Source of the DNA: Octopus sinensis
Lineage: Eukaryota
Assembly: GCF_006345805.1 (NCBI RefSeq)
Contig: NC_042999.1
Coordinates: 104,036,001 to 104,100,000, forward strand
DNA length: 64,000 nucleotides
Direction: 5' to 3'
The translations under genes were made by a program, and so were the position numbers. Shown piece by piece: positions 1 to 11,067 of this stretch (positions within the stretch are counted from its first letter, which is position 1; each line of letters begins with the position of its first letter). The notes beneath the pieces were generated by a model, which saw only the letters and a program-made list of their open reading frames with translations, made no database searches and was not told where the DNA came from.

Positions 1-343
1 TTTTTTACTTTATTCTCATAAACGGCTCTAACGGGAATACTACACTCTCGACGATATTTCTCTTAGAAGTCATTGAACCACGCAAGCCACCTGTCACTCT
101 CCTTCCCTTTCACACACACACACACATTTGTGTATATATGCATTTATGTATTTATATACGTATAAGTATTTAATCATATGCACATATACACACACTCTTT
201 CCCTCTCTCTCACACATACAAACACACACATGCACGCATGAGCCTAAACGCAGTCTTACAAACTCACGCTCATATTTATATGCATTCATGTATCTGTGTG
301 TTTGTGTGTTAGTAGCTGCGTATATGACCGTGTCATATATAAG

Positions 344-358
344 ATAATAATAATAATG

Positions 359-411
<53 letters not shown>
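344..411. repeat. (AAT)n microsatellite
   Basis: Direct reading. Confidence 0.95.
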
Positions 412-412
<1 letters not shown>

Positions 413-499
413 TGTCGTACACTGTTCTATATTTCTAATCAGGCGACCATTACATTTTTCTGCGATGATAGTTTGATGACTAAGAAACGGTTTTAGCTG

Positions 500-745
500 T
501 AACCTACTTGTTCTTCGCTGTTATTGGTGCTAGGACAACCGGCAACAAAGATGTTGACGACAAATAAAGTCTTCAAATGAATACACACACCACCTCCTCC
601 TCTTAACCGAAACTTCCGTTACTATTTCGCAGACCGTCATTCCTAAAAGAGGTGCTTTTTTTTTTCACCTCTTTCCTTCTGTTCTGTTGTGGGCGTCATA
701 ACTCAGTTATTGAGTCGGTCGAGTAAAGGAAACTTCAGTGAGTTT
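500..745. promoter_or_regulatory. Possible CpG-rich promoter / first-exon region
   Basis: ETS-like ACTTCCG at about 613, raised CpG density, and outward-facing donor-like sites (minus aa|gtaggt at about 507, plus ca|gtgagt at about 739). No transcript evidence. Confidence 0.25.
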
Positions 746-759
746 TAGTCGCTCGAGTT

Positions 760-1198
760 TTAAAAAAAAAACACACCATTTCTTAAATAAGAAAAGAACT
801 TGAATTTTTATGTTTGGTTGCACTTTTTGAAATCTTAATTTTAAGTGAAAATTTTAAAATTTCGTGTATTGATGTAATTTTCCACGCTAAATCTCAGGGC
901 CCTAATTCACTTGTTCCAGAATTTTTTTTTTTCAAGTTACAGACGTTTAAATTTTGATAATTTTTTTACCCAATCAGAAAATAAGATTTGAAAACAGTCA
1001 TTTTGTGCGTGACTACAATCGTAAGGCGACAAAACAATAATGTCTACATTGTGACGATAGCATGTGCTTTAAGCATTAAATGAGTGAAAATTTACCAAAA
1101 AACGAGTACGCAATACATATTTTGTAGTTTTATGCATTCGATACGCATCTAAATACGAAAAAAAAAAACCGAGTGAACAACACACTTTGTGGCTTTAA
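760..1198. mobile_element. Possible non-autonomous DNA element (Kolobok-like TTAA end)
   Basis: Right end is tgtggct|ttaa and the left end is degenerate. The internal part resembles 3137-3330 (tgatgtaattttcca...gtcattttgtgcgtgac). Confidence 0.3.
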
Positions 1199-1229
1199 GA
1201 GCAAAAAAGAACTAACTAAATAAGTTAAA

Positions 1230-1965
1230 GGATCCTTTCCTTTTGAACGGCACATGTCAACACAATTTCTAGTTAACTAAACCCTTTTAAACTTCGTATA
1301 CTGGTAGAATGTGTCAAAATAAAACATTTTTTTCTCTTGGCTTTCTTGAGAAAATTGTAATTTGTTTGTTTAACGTAGTTTAATTTTTCGACTTTTTACC
1401 CAATCCTATGCCCTCTATTTAGCTAAAATCATTTGCTGCGTCTAAAACAGACAACATCTTGTCACTAACCCTAACCCTAAATTTTAGCCTTTCGTTTTTT
1501 CTTTCTTAATTGTTAAATTAATTTAAGGATAACAATTAAGAAAAAAAACCAAAGGCTAAAACGAAAGCAAATGGAATATAATTTTAATTTAACAATTAAG
1601 AAAAAAAAAAACGAAAGCAAAAACTCAAAACAAAAACAAAACGAATAATTTTAGACACACACGTAACAATTAAATTAATTTAACAATTAAGAAAAAAAAA
1701 CGAAAGGCTAAAATTTAGGGTTAGGGTTAGTGACAGGATGTTGTCTCAGTTTTAGACGCAGCAAATGGTTTTAGCTCAATAGAGGCCATCGATTGGTTAA
1801 AATTCGAAAAATTAAACTACGTTAAACTTACAAATTACAATTTTCTCAAGAAAGCCAAGAGAAAAAAATGTTTTATTTTGATACATTCTACCAGTATACG
1901 AAGTTTAAAAGTGTTTAGTTAACTAGAAATTGTGTTGAAAACTGCTGTTCAAAAGGAAAAGATCC
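1230..1965. mobile_element. Foldback-type non-autonomous DNA transposon, Merlin-like (GG termini, 8-bp TSD)
   Basis: Inverted arms of about 296 bp (1230-1526 and 1670-1965) with termini GGATC...GATCC. Flanks aagttaaa / aaattaaa match 7/8. Each arm carries (TAACCC)2. Confidence 0.75.
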
Positions 1966-3681
1966 AAATTAAATATTTCGCAAACACGTTTTTCATAAAC
2001 ACACGTGTTTTATACAGGAGAGTTCCCAATGCTTTGTTTGTTACTATGGAAACAGGCACCTATATGTCTGTGGCTTTCGATTGCAAACTTTAAAAGCTAT
2101 TAACTGTTTATTTATTGATTTGTGGCGAAAATGAATTCCATGTCAATAATAAGCATACAAAATTACATCAGTACACCAAATTTGAAATCAATTGGAAGAA
2201 AATTGAAGAAATTAAAAAGTGGAAGTCAAATAGAAAAGATCCGAATATTTTAGGTCGTTCCCCAAAAAATATAGTGCATCAAACAACGCCATTTCTCCGG
2301 ATCTCGAGGCTTTAAGAAACTCACATAATAATTCTGAAATTAGAATTCGTAAATTTCGATTCTTAAAATATACACATCGAAGAAATTACGGTTTTCGGCG
2401 CACTAGATAATTTCTTACTCTATTCTCTAGGAACATCTTCTTTAGCAAGTATAGACGTAGATATAATATTTGTAAAAAATATAAAAAGAAAAGAATGGAT
2501 GGCCATCGATGGAACAAGTTTGATCATAGGCCCACTCGGCTTGTTAGAAAATTGTTACTAAATGTCCTTCCATATCACGGCGTGCTTAGATACATGAGTT
2601 TCTGCGTCCTTGATTGATACAATTGATTCTACAAAAGTTCACACACACACACACAGAGCTTGTCTACTTCCTGAACAAAGCAGAACTGATCATACTTTGT
2701 TATTGCTGTTTTCTAACCCCCGACCAAACCTGAACGAACAAACTTATTGTCAAAAGTTATATAACTATGAGTATCTTGTTCTGTTTTTTTTTTCCAGATA
2801 CAGTGTATCTTGGATTGCCTCGTGCAGTGTGTCCACTTTCTTTCATTTTGTTACTAAGATGCTAATGTATGATTTGAAAGAAATTTTGTTGCGCTTTCCA
2901 GCAAGCTCGGCGACCACACAGAATCTTTGCCGTAGGGCTATAGTCATAGTAGTCGTATGTACTTGCTTTTATTGTTAACTCTAGGTCAAATCCAGTCGAA
3001 CAGATCAAAAACGTCTCTAAGGCAGCAATCTCATTTTATTCGTAAAACAGGAGAATCGGAAGAACTAGTGATATTCTGTGTTAGTAGAAAAAAAAAAAAA
3101 GTAAAAGTACAAATAACTCAAACAGTGGGGTTTTTTTTCTGTTTGGCAGCACCTGTAGAAATTTTAAAATTTGGTGTAATGATGTAATTTTCCAAGCTGA
3201 ATCTCAAGAGATATTTCACTTTTTCCAGAAATTTAAAGTTTAAAGAGGTTTAAAATTTAATAATTTTCAACAAGTAAGGAAACAAATAAGGAAGCTGTCA
3301 TTTTGTGCGTGACAGCACGTGATGTCAACTGTCAACAAAAAAAAAAACAGTGAAAAATGTTTTATGCCGCAAAGAAATGGATAAGTTTCACGTTTCGGAC
3401 GCTTATCCTTTGTCGGAGAGACAAGGGGAAAGAGATAAAAATATAGATTGTACCACTAAACCACAAAATTGCAGATGAGAAAAGGGGAAAAGTGGAAAGT
3501 GAAGGAAACCAGTGAATGCCTAATTTGGGAAATAGAGTATGCAGTGTGGATGTACAGTACGGGCGGGATAAAATATGAATAAGGAGTAGTCAAAGTAGTA
3601 ATAAAGTATAGCTCAGTTGAAATGGTGAGTACTGGCTGGGTGGAATAAGCTACCAGAAATAGACAGAACAATAGATTAATC

Positions 3682-3890
3682 CTTTCTACTATAGGTACAA
3701 GGCCTGAAATTTGGGGGAGTGAGATAATCGATTACATTGACCCCAGTGTTTTACTGGCACTTATCGACCCCGAAAGGATGAAAAAGACAAAGTCGACCTC
3801 GGCGGAATTTGAACTCACAACTTTGCAACAGGCGAAATACCACTAAGCATTTTGTCCAGCATGCAAACGATTCTGCCAGTTCGCCGCCTT
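3682..3890 (-). mobile_element. SINE family B (core gtcgactttgcctttcatcctttcggggtcgataa)
   Basis: Plus strand reads atcgaccccgaaaggatgaaa..aagtcgacctcggcggaatttgaactc. Other copies are at about 11815-11915(+), 13855-14075(-), 18190-18330(-), 20655-21100(-, tandem pair) and 25890-26095(-). Confidence 0.85.
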
Positions 3891-4214
3891 AGAATAATAG
3901 ATTAATAACAACTTCAGAATAGTCTACCTAAGAATACATTAACTAATCTGTCTTCCATTTTTTATATCAGAGTGTAATTGAGAAACACTTGATCACTATT
4001 TTTAGTGGATCGATCTATTACTAAAACTCATGAAGTGTTGTTTTTTTTTTGTTGTCGTTCAATCCAAGGTCAGCCATGGTCGAGCACACTAATGATGAAA
4101 GGACTTAACTACCTCATATTGTTGAAACTCATGCTGCATTCAACAGTGAACAGTTTTTAAAAATAGTAAGTTGTTATTTAAGGGGGATTTGGTTGATATT
4201 TCTGGAAAGAAGTA

Positions 4215-4580
4215 GGTGCAGGCATAACTGTGTGGTAAGAGACATGCTTCCCAACCACATAGATCCGGGCTCAGCCAAACTGCGTAACACCTTGTGAGAG
4301 GATTTGGTAGGCGGAAGTTGAAAGAAGCCCGTTGAATGTGTGTGTGTGTGTGTTTGAGAGGGAGAGAGTTCGTGCCTGTGTTTATCATCCACCACTGCTT
4401 GACAACCGTTATTAGTGTGTTTACATCCCCGTAACTTGGCGGTTCGGCAAAAGAGTCCAAGATATAAGTCAAACTTTAAAAAATATATGTTTTAGGGTAG
4501 ATTCATTCGACAAAAAACTCTTCAAGACGGTACTCCTGCATGGCCGCAGTTTAATGACTGAAACAAATAAAAGGTAAAAT
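4215..4580 (+). mobile_element. tRNA-derived CORE-type SINE, family A (octopus OR2-like)
   Basis: Head ggtgcaggc..gctgtgtggtaag, (TG)n middle, tail gcatggccgcagt..gactgaaac. Other copies or fragments are at about 5375-5575(-), 9266-9316(-), 9980-10080(-), 11545-11645(+), 17350-17520(-), 19340-19490(-), 38340-38540(-), 39150-39275(+), 40750-40920(+), 43740-43960(+), 52080-52290(-) and 52820-52960(-). Confidence 0.8.
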
Positions 4581-4820
4581 ATAGACAAGCAACCACGTAT
4601 ATACAGGCTCCTTTTTCGGCTCCCTATTCTTACCAATAATGTAATGATGATGATGGTGGTGGTGGCGGCGGTGGTGATGGCCTTGATGGTGGTGATGATG
4701 ACTTTCAACTCCAGGGTTCACTGATTTCTTTTATCTACGGTCGGCAGATCAATTGCTGGTATGAACACTGTATTTAATGCATTTTTCATTTATATATATA
4801 TATATATATTATATATATAT

Positions 4821-4952
4821 ATTTATTATATAGAAGGAGCTTCTACAGGACTAGTACTGTTTCATTCAAGAGAAATCTTCAGGAAGCTTCCTGAAGATTT
4901 CTCTTGAATGAAACAGTACTAGTCCTGTAGAAGCTCCTTCTATATAATAAAT
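4821..4952. repeat. Perfect 132-bp palindrome with no spacer
   Basis: The 66-bp arms are exact reverse complements around the centre ggaagcttcc (4886/4887). Confidence 0.95.
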
Positions 4953-5016
4953 TAATTTTACTCTACTATGTATTGAGTACCTTACTTACTGTGGTTAACC
5001 CGGATCAACCCGGACC

Positions 5017-5113
<97 letters not shown>

Positions 5114-5598
5114 GGGAGGGTTCTTACGAACTAACCCTGAAATCGGTCCGATATGGTAATAATGGAATCTTTTAGAAATTTCTGTCGACCTTTTTTGAGT
5201 AGCGTGCATATTGTGAAAAAAAAAATTATAATGGTTATGGACAATGTGTCTAATTTCGGCATATTTGGCATTAGAAATTTATAAATTTAACCTTTAAAGA
5301 TATTTTTAATATGCTGGCCATTGATAAAATTTTTTTCGAAAAAAAATTTTATCCTACATTAAATATATATATAATCTTTTACTTGTTTTAAGTCATTACA
5401 CTGTGGCCATACTGGGGCACCGCCTTGAACAATTTTTTTAGTCGAATGAATCATCCTAGGACTTATTTTTTCGTTAAACCTGTTACTTATGCCATGGTCT
5501 CTTTTGCCGAACCGCTCAGTTACGGGGACGTAAACACGCTAACACCGGTTGTCAAGCAGTGACTGGGCAAGGGGTACAGACACACATACACACACACA

Positions 5599-5792
5599 CG
5601 AGGGGTGCTGAAAAGTTCCTGACTTTATGGCTATCGCAAAAAAGAGTGGTTGGAGGTCCAACCTTCCGAGTTCTTTTACAGAGTTTAGGAAAATAAAGGA
5701 CCACTGCAATAAGTGTGTGAATCTGAGAGGGGAATATGTTGAGAAAAAATCATAATTGATCCTCCTGCCAAGACCTTTGCAGCACCCCTTTG
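5599..5792 (+). mobile_element. Mariner-derived MITE (~194 bp)
   Basis: Imperfect TIRs cgaggggtgctgaaaagttc / agacctttgcagcacccctttg. The interior keeps the transposase C-terminal KCV..RGEYVEK-like codons. Confidence 0.7.
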
Positions 5793-6807
5793 TCTGTGTG
5801 TAAGTATATATATATACATATATATGGTATGTGTTTGTGTTTAAGTGTATAGCAGTGTTACAGGTTTTTGGTTTTCAGTGTGCGTGTGCGTGACTGTGTG
5901 TGTGTACACATTTTTTTTAACAAAGAAAAATACTTTGAATGGGATGTTATATGAATGAAGAAATGGAGTATTATTAGCTCTCCTCTTTCTTTTTTCCTCT
6001 CGAAACACATGCACACACATTTACACATACACACACGCAGTCACGCACTACACACTCATTTATACAAATGGCTGCGGACGCATTCAAATGCTCCTACAAT
6101 ACGCCTTTCATGTATCATTGTTCTTTAATGAATAGGCTTACAATTGTCACTTTACGCCGTTAGAATGCTGCCGGCATTTATGTAGAATACTACAAATTTA
6201 TACATGTGCGTATTTGTGTGTATGTGTGCTTATATATCATAAAAAAATGGGTTCCAGATTTTTTTTGTATGCCTTGGTTACTGGGCATATATTTGGACAG
6301 TTGTCCTGCTGATGATGCCTATTAAGGCAGAAATACACGTTGGCGACTGTTCTCTTATCTCCAGACAATAGGTATGTTCTTTCCGTTAATGGCACGTCAG
6401 CTTTGAAGAAATCTTTTTTTGCTTTCTTTTGTTTCTAAGTGAAACGAAATACTCTTAAAAAAGATACACGGAACGTGACAGCAACAGCTGAAAACGTAAA
6501 AGTATTACAATTGAAGTCGGAAAATATATTACAAGAAAGTGTATGCAATGAGAAATAATTTCAGGTGATGTGTATTTGTGTCTGTGCATAAACTATTCTG
6601 CGGGATTGCGTCCGGTTTCAGATAATTTCAAACATTAGTACTCATGTGCTAAGGAAAGTCAAAACAGATACATTCTTTTAAAGTATGTAGCACATTACTC
6701 TCTCTGTCTCTGCTTCACTCTCTCTCCCTCTCTCTCTTTATATATACGAAGTGATATCAAAAGTTCCTGGACTAGTCTTGTTTAATAAAAAAAAAAAAAC
6801 AACTTAT

Positions 6808-7189
6808 TTACTCTTTTACTTGTTTCAGTCATTTGACTGCGGCCATGCTGGAGCACCGTCTTTAGTCGAACAAATCGACCCCAGGACTTATTCTTTGTTA
6901 GCCTAGTACTTATTCTATCAGTCTCTTTTTGCCGAGCCGCTAAGTTAACACACCAGCATCGGTTGTCAATCGATGTGGGGGAGGGGACAAACACAGACAT
7001 ACAAACACACACACATATATATACATATACATATATACGACTGGCTTCTTTCAGTTTCCGTCTACCAAATCCACTCACAAGGCTTTGGTCGGCCCAAGGT
7101 TATAGTAGAAGACACTTGCCCAAGGTGCCACGCAGTGGGACTGAACCCGGAACAATGTGGCTGGTAAGGAAGCTACTTACCACACAGCC
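6808..7189 (-). mobile_element. SINE family A, nested in mariner
   Basis: Contains cacttgcccaaggtgccacgcagtgggactgaacc (CORE-like ccttgggcaag on the minus strand) and the complete tail. Confidence 0.9.
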
Positions 7190-7690
7190 GTTTTAACATC
7201 ATCTTCGAAATAATCACCCTGCGCAGTAATACACTGGTCCCAGCGTTCTTGTCACTTTTGGAATCCGGCCTGGAAGTCGTCTTCGGTAAGCGAATCGAGA
7301 ACCTTCAGCTATTCGCTCTGGATCTCGACAACGGTAGTTTAAAGGGTGAATTTTGAGCTGCATTTTCATCTTGAGGAAGAGATGGAAGTCTGCAGTTGCT
7401 AAATCGGGCGAATAGGGCGGGAGCAGAAATGATACTATGTTGTTTTTGGCGAGAAACTCACGAGTAAGGAGAGATCGGTGAAGAATCCAATTCTTCGCGC
7501 CCCACAGATCCGGTCGCCTTCGCTGAATGTCCCTACTCAAACGCTTCAAAACGTCGCAGTAGAACTTCCAGATTGCTCATCTTCTAGGGACATTCTTCCG
7601 CTTTTGAAGCGCCTGTGCCACTCGAAACATTGCGTACGACCCACTGCCTCGTCACCGTAAGCTTGCCGAAACATCCTCAATGTCTCTGTA

Positions 7691-7795
7691 GTGGCACCTT
7701 GGGCAAGTGTCTTCTACTATAGCCCCGGGCCGACCAAAGCCTTGTGAGTGGATTTGGTAGACGGAAATTGAAAGAAGCCTGTCGTATATATGTAA

Positions 7796-7827
<32 letters not shown>

Positions 7828-7828
7828 T

Positions 7829-7887
<59 letters not shown>

Positions 7888-8119
7888 GTATGTGTGTGTG
7901 TATATGTTTGTGCGTCTGTGTTTGTCCCCACAACATCGCTTGACAACTGATGCTGATGTGTTTACGTCCCCGTAACTTAGAGGTTCGGCAAAAGAGACCG
8001 ATAGAATAAGTACTAGGCTTACAAAGAATAAGTCATGGGGTCGATTTGCTCGACTAAAGGCGGTGCTCCAGCATGGCCACAGTCAAATGACTGAAATAAG
8101 TAAAAGAGTAAAGAGAGAG
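7691..8119 (+). mobile_element. SINE family A (5'-truncated), nested in mariner
   Basis: gtggcaccttgggcaagtgtcttctactatagcc ... gactgaaataagtaaaagagtaaagag. Confidence 0.9.
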
Positions 8120-8594
8120 TTCAACGCAAAATTTCACGCTAGCTCTTTGTTCTGTCCATGACAAAATTGCGGACTACAGCCCACACATGATCACAAAAAC
8201 ACAAACGTCACAACTTGCGAAGTAAACACAGCGATATCACTCGGCACGCTGCCTCATGAAGGTCACTGCTATCTCTCACTGTGCACGCAACCTTGTGTTG
8301 CCATCTGTTGGCGCGCTACAGAGCTTGTCTGGGAACTTTTTGATATCACCTCGTAGCTGAGTGCCTTAATATTCCCCTTCTCCCTTGTTCAAAGTTTGAT
8401 CTTGTTCAGAATTTTCAGGCAATCAGAAAATAGCGCGTTCGTTTCCTCTGCCATCATCTATCACAGTAGCGAGGATTGATTTGGGTGGGGGTGGGGGGCG
8501 CGTCATGTCAAAATAGAATTCCTACTATTATGGTGGTGGTGGTAACACTCTTTGGTTACTATGGAAACAGAGTTCTTCGCTAACTATGCTAACA

Positions 8595-9948
8595 GAACTT
8601 CAGTGACATGTAAAATACTCGCTTCTGATTGGCTAAAATACCCAAATGTTGCAAACTTTAAAGGCTAATATCTTTTTAATTATAAATTTATAGGGAAAAT
8701 GGTTTTCATTTTTCATAATTATTATACAAAACTTAATCATTATACCAAATTTGAAAACAATTGGAACAAAATTGAAGACAGTGACTCAAACCACAAAGAA
8801 CCAAATAAAAAAAATTCGTTTTCATCGTGAAATTTTTGATGAAGGGAAGGGGGTAAGAAGTTTTTTTAAAAATATGAATTACAAATCTGTTATAGCGACG
8901 TGCATTCTGTATATCTTAACATGGATAAACTGTAGAAAGACACAAAACTGCAGTACTGGTCTCGAGAAAGTTTCTCGTGGACTAAAAATCATAGAAGTGT
9001 ATAAGTAGCAGTCGAAAAGTATCCAGCAGTGATAATGGAATTGATAAATCCTGATTTCTCACCAGCTATTTGCGATACCAGTGATTTGTTAATCACAGTT
9101 TTTCTATACCAACTGAAATGAAATTTGTCTTAGCATGTTTTAGAAGAAGGATCGAGCTGTTGGACACTTTTCTATATGTAATATCAACCCTAAGTAAGAT
9201 ATATAGAATGTTATTTGGAATTACAAATGTTTCGAAATGTGAAATGCAATAAATTTTTTTTTTTTTTATTTATCTAGTTTCAGCTCACAAGCTGTGGCCA
9301 TGCTGGGGCACCGCCATTTGATTAAAATGATTAAAAATAAAAACGAAACGAGACAATAAATAAAAAAATATTGTAGTAGTGGCTGCTGTTCCAAAGGTAT
9401 GATGGAATGGGAAGAAAAACAGATATCTAAAATACAAAAACTTTAAAAATATTTTAATTTATATTTTTTGCGACGTCTTGTGAAGGCACAAGGAGGGGGA
9501 GTGATGGGGGATGACATCCTGGATTTATGGATTAAGTGGGGGTTTTTTCCCCTCCAATTTTTAGAAAAGGCTTTCCTCTTTATTCTGAAATGCGTGATGC
9601 AAAAAACAAAAAAGGACAAATTTGAAAAATCCCCGCCAAAACGGAGAAATTCCAACCTATGTGGGAGGGGGTATTTAAAAAAAAAACTTCTTACCCCCTC
9701 CCCTTCATCAAAAATTTCACGATGAAAACGAATTTTTTTGTTTGGATCTTTGTGGTTTGAGTCACTGTCTTCAATTTTGTTCCAATTGTTTTCAAATTTG
9801 GTATAATGATTAAGTTTTGTATAATAATTATGAAAAATGAAAACCATTTTCCCTATAAATTTATAATTAAAAAGATAGCCTTTAAAGTTTGCAAAATTTG
9901 GGTATTTTAGCCAATCAGAAGCGAGTATTTTACATGTCACTGAAGTTC
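8595..9948. mobile_element. Long inverted-repeat (foldback-like) element, unclassified
   Basis: About 280-bp near-identical inverted arms at 8595-8875 and 9672-9948. A diverged relative of the arm lies at about 2040-2230. No TSD is recognisable. Confidence 0.65.
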
Positions 9949-10648
9949 CATACGTCCGCTCCCTCCCCAACACACACACCCACACGATGGGTTTTCACAA
10001 TCTACCAAATTCGCTTGTAACTCTTTGGTCTGACCATGGCTATAGTAGAAAATACTTGCCCAAGATGCCGCCTCACAACGAACTTCTGAACTATACAGTC
10101 ATGACTGCGCCTACATATAAATTCTTTCCCGGTCGCCAAACAGAATGTGATTAGCAGCTTGCTGACAAAATGAAAGCCAAGAAGCTCAAGAATCACCAAA
10201 AAAATTCTTAACTGAAATTATTTCGATTAAAAGTGTTCTACGTACAGCGTATAGTACATCATATCTTAATTTTCTTCAGTAGTCAGGTTGTGACCGATAA
10301 AAATAATTTTTTTTTCTTTAAAAGAAACATGGCGACTTGCGATTCAGATTTGTCCCCGTGACCGCATTGCTGAAAGGTCAATCGGACATATCGACTTAGG
10401 TGTCTCGACGGTTTATATTTGATGGTTGTTTTTGTTATTGTTGTTGCTGATGCCTTACGATGGTCATTCCCACTACCTATCTGACTTGCCCCTTCCTTTG
10501 TCACGTCAGTACAGAGCAGACAATAGACAAAGACAAAGGAAGTTTGTTGCTACTGTTGTGACCATCCCGTCTTCCTTTCCTTTTCTTTTTACGTATTCAT
10601 CAGAGATTCAATTGTTCAATGAAGGACATGATTTGTAGGAGATTTGGT

Positions 10649-11067
10649 GGATCTTTTCGGTTTGAACGGCAGTTTTTAACATAATTTCTAGGTAACTAAA
10701 CACTATTAAACTTCGTATACTGGTAGAATGTGTTTATAAAACATCTTTTTCTCTTGGCTTTATTGAGAAAATTCTATAGTTTGTAAGATATTTGGTTTTT
10801 TTTCTTCAATTTCTGCAATTTCAACCAATCACTGACGTCTATTGAGGTAAAAAAAAAACATTCTGTGCCGTATGAATATGTGCCTCGTTTAAGAAACAGA
10901 TTAGGTTTATTTACATTTGTGAAGAAAAAAAGATACCCTTCCCTCCACCCCTAACCCTAACCCTAAAACAGATTGAAATGCAATAGATCGATACTAGGGT
11001 CGTAATTATGGGTGACAATTTCATATGACACCACTAGAAAAAACTGCCGTTCAAACCGAAAAGATCC
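10649..11067. mobile_element. Merlin-like MITE related to the 1230-1965 element
   Basis: 28-bp TIRs ggatcttttcggtttgaacggcagtttt / aaaactgccgttcaaaccgaaaagatcc. Flanks gatttggt / catttggt match 7/8. Shares ttaaacttcgtatactggtagaatgtgt with the 1230 arm and contains ctaaccctaacccta. Confidence 0.8.

Larger units (their letters stand above)
6747..8353 (-). mobile_element. Internally deleted mariner element interrupted by two SINE insertions
   Basis: TIRs cgaagtgatatcaaaagttcctggac / gtctgggaactttttgatatcacctcg with TA flanks. Minus-strand remnants read FEWHRRFKSGR and PPYSPDLATADFHLF (ORF 7214..7549). SINEs sit at 6808-7189 and 7691-8119. Confidence 0.9.

Noticed and set aside
4884-4889. HindIII site at the palindrome centre as proof of a cloning artefact
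   Set aside because: The centre of any perfect palindrome is a 6-bp palindrome, so this is not evidence either way.
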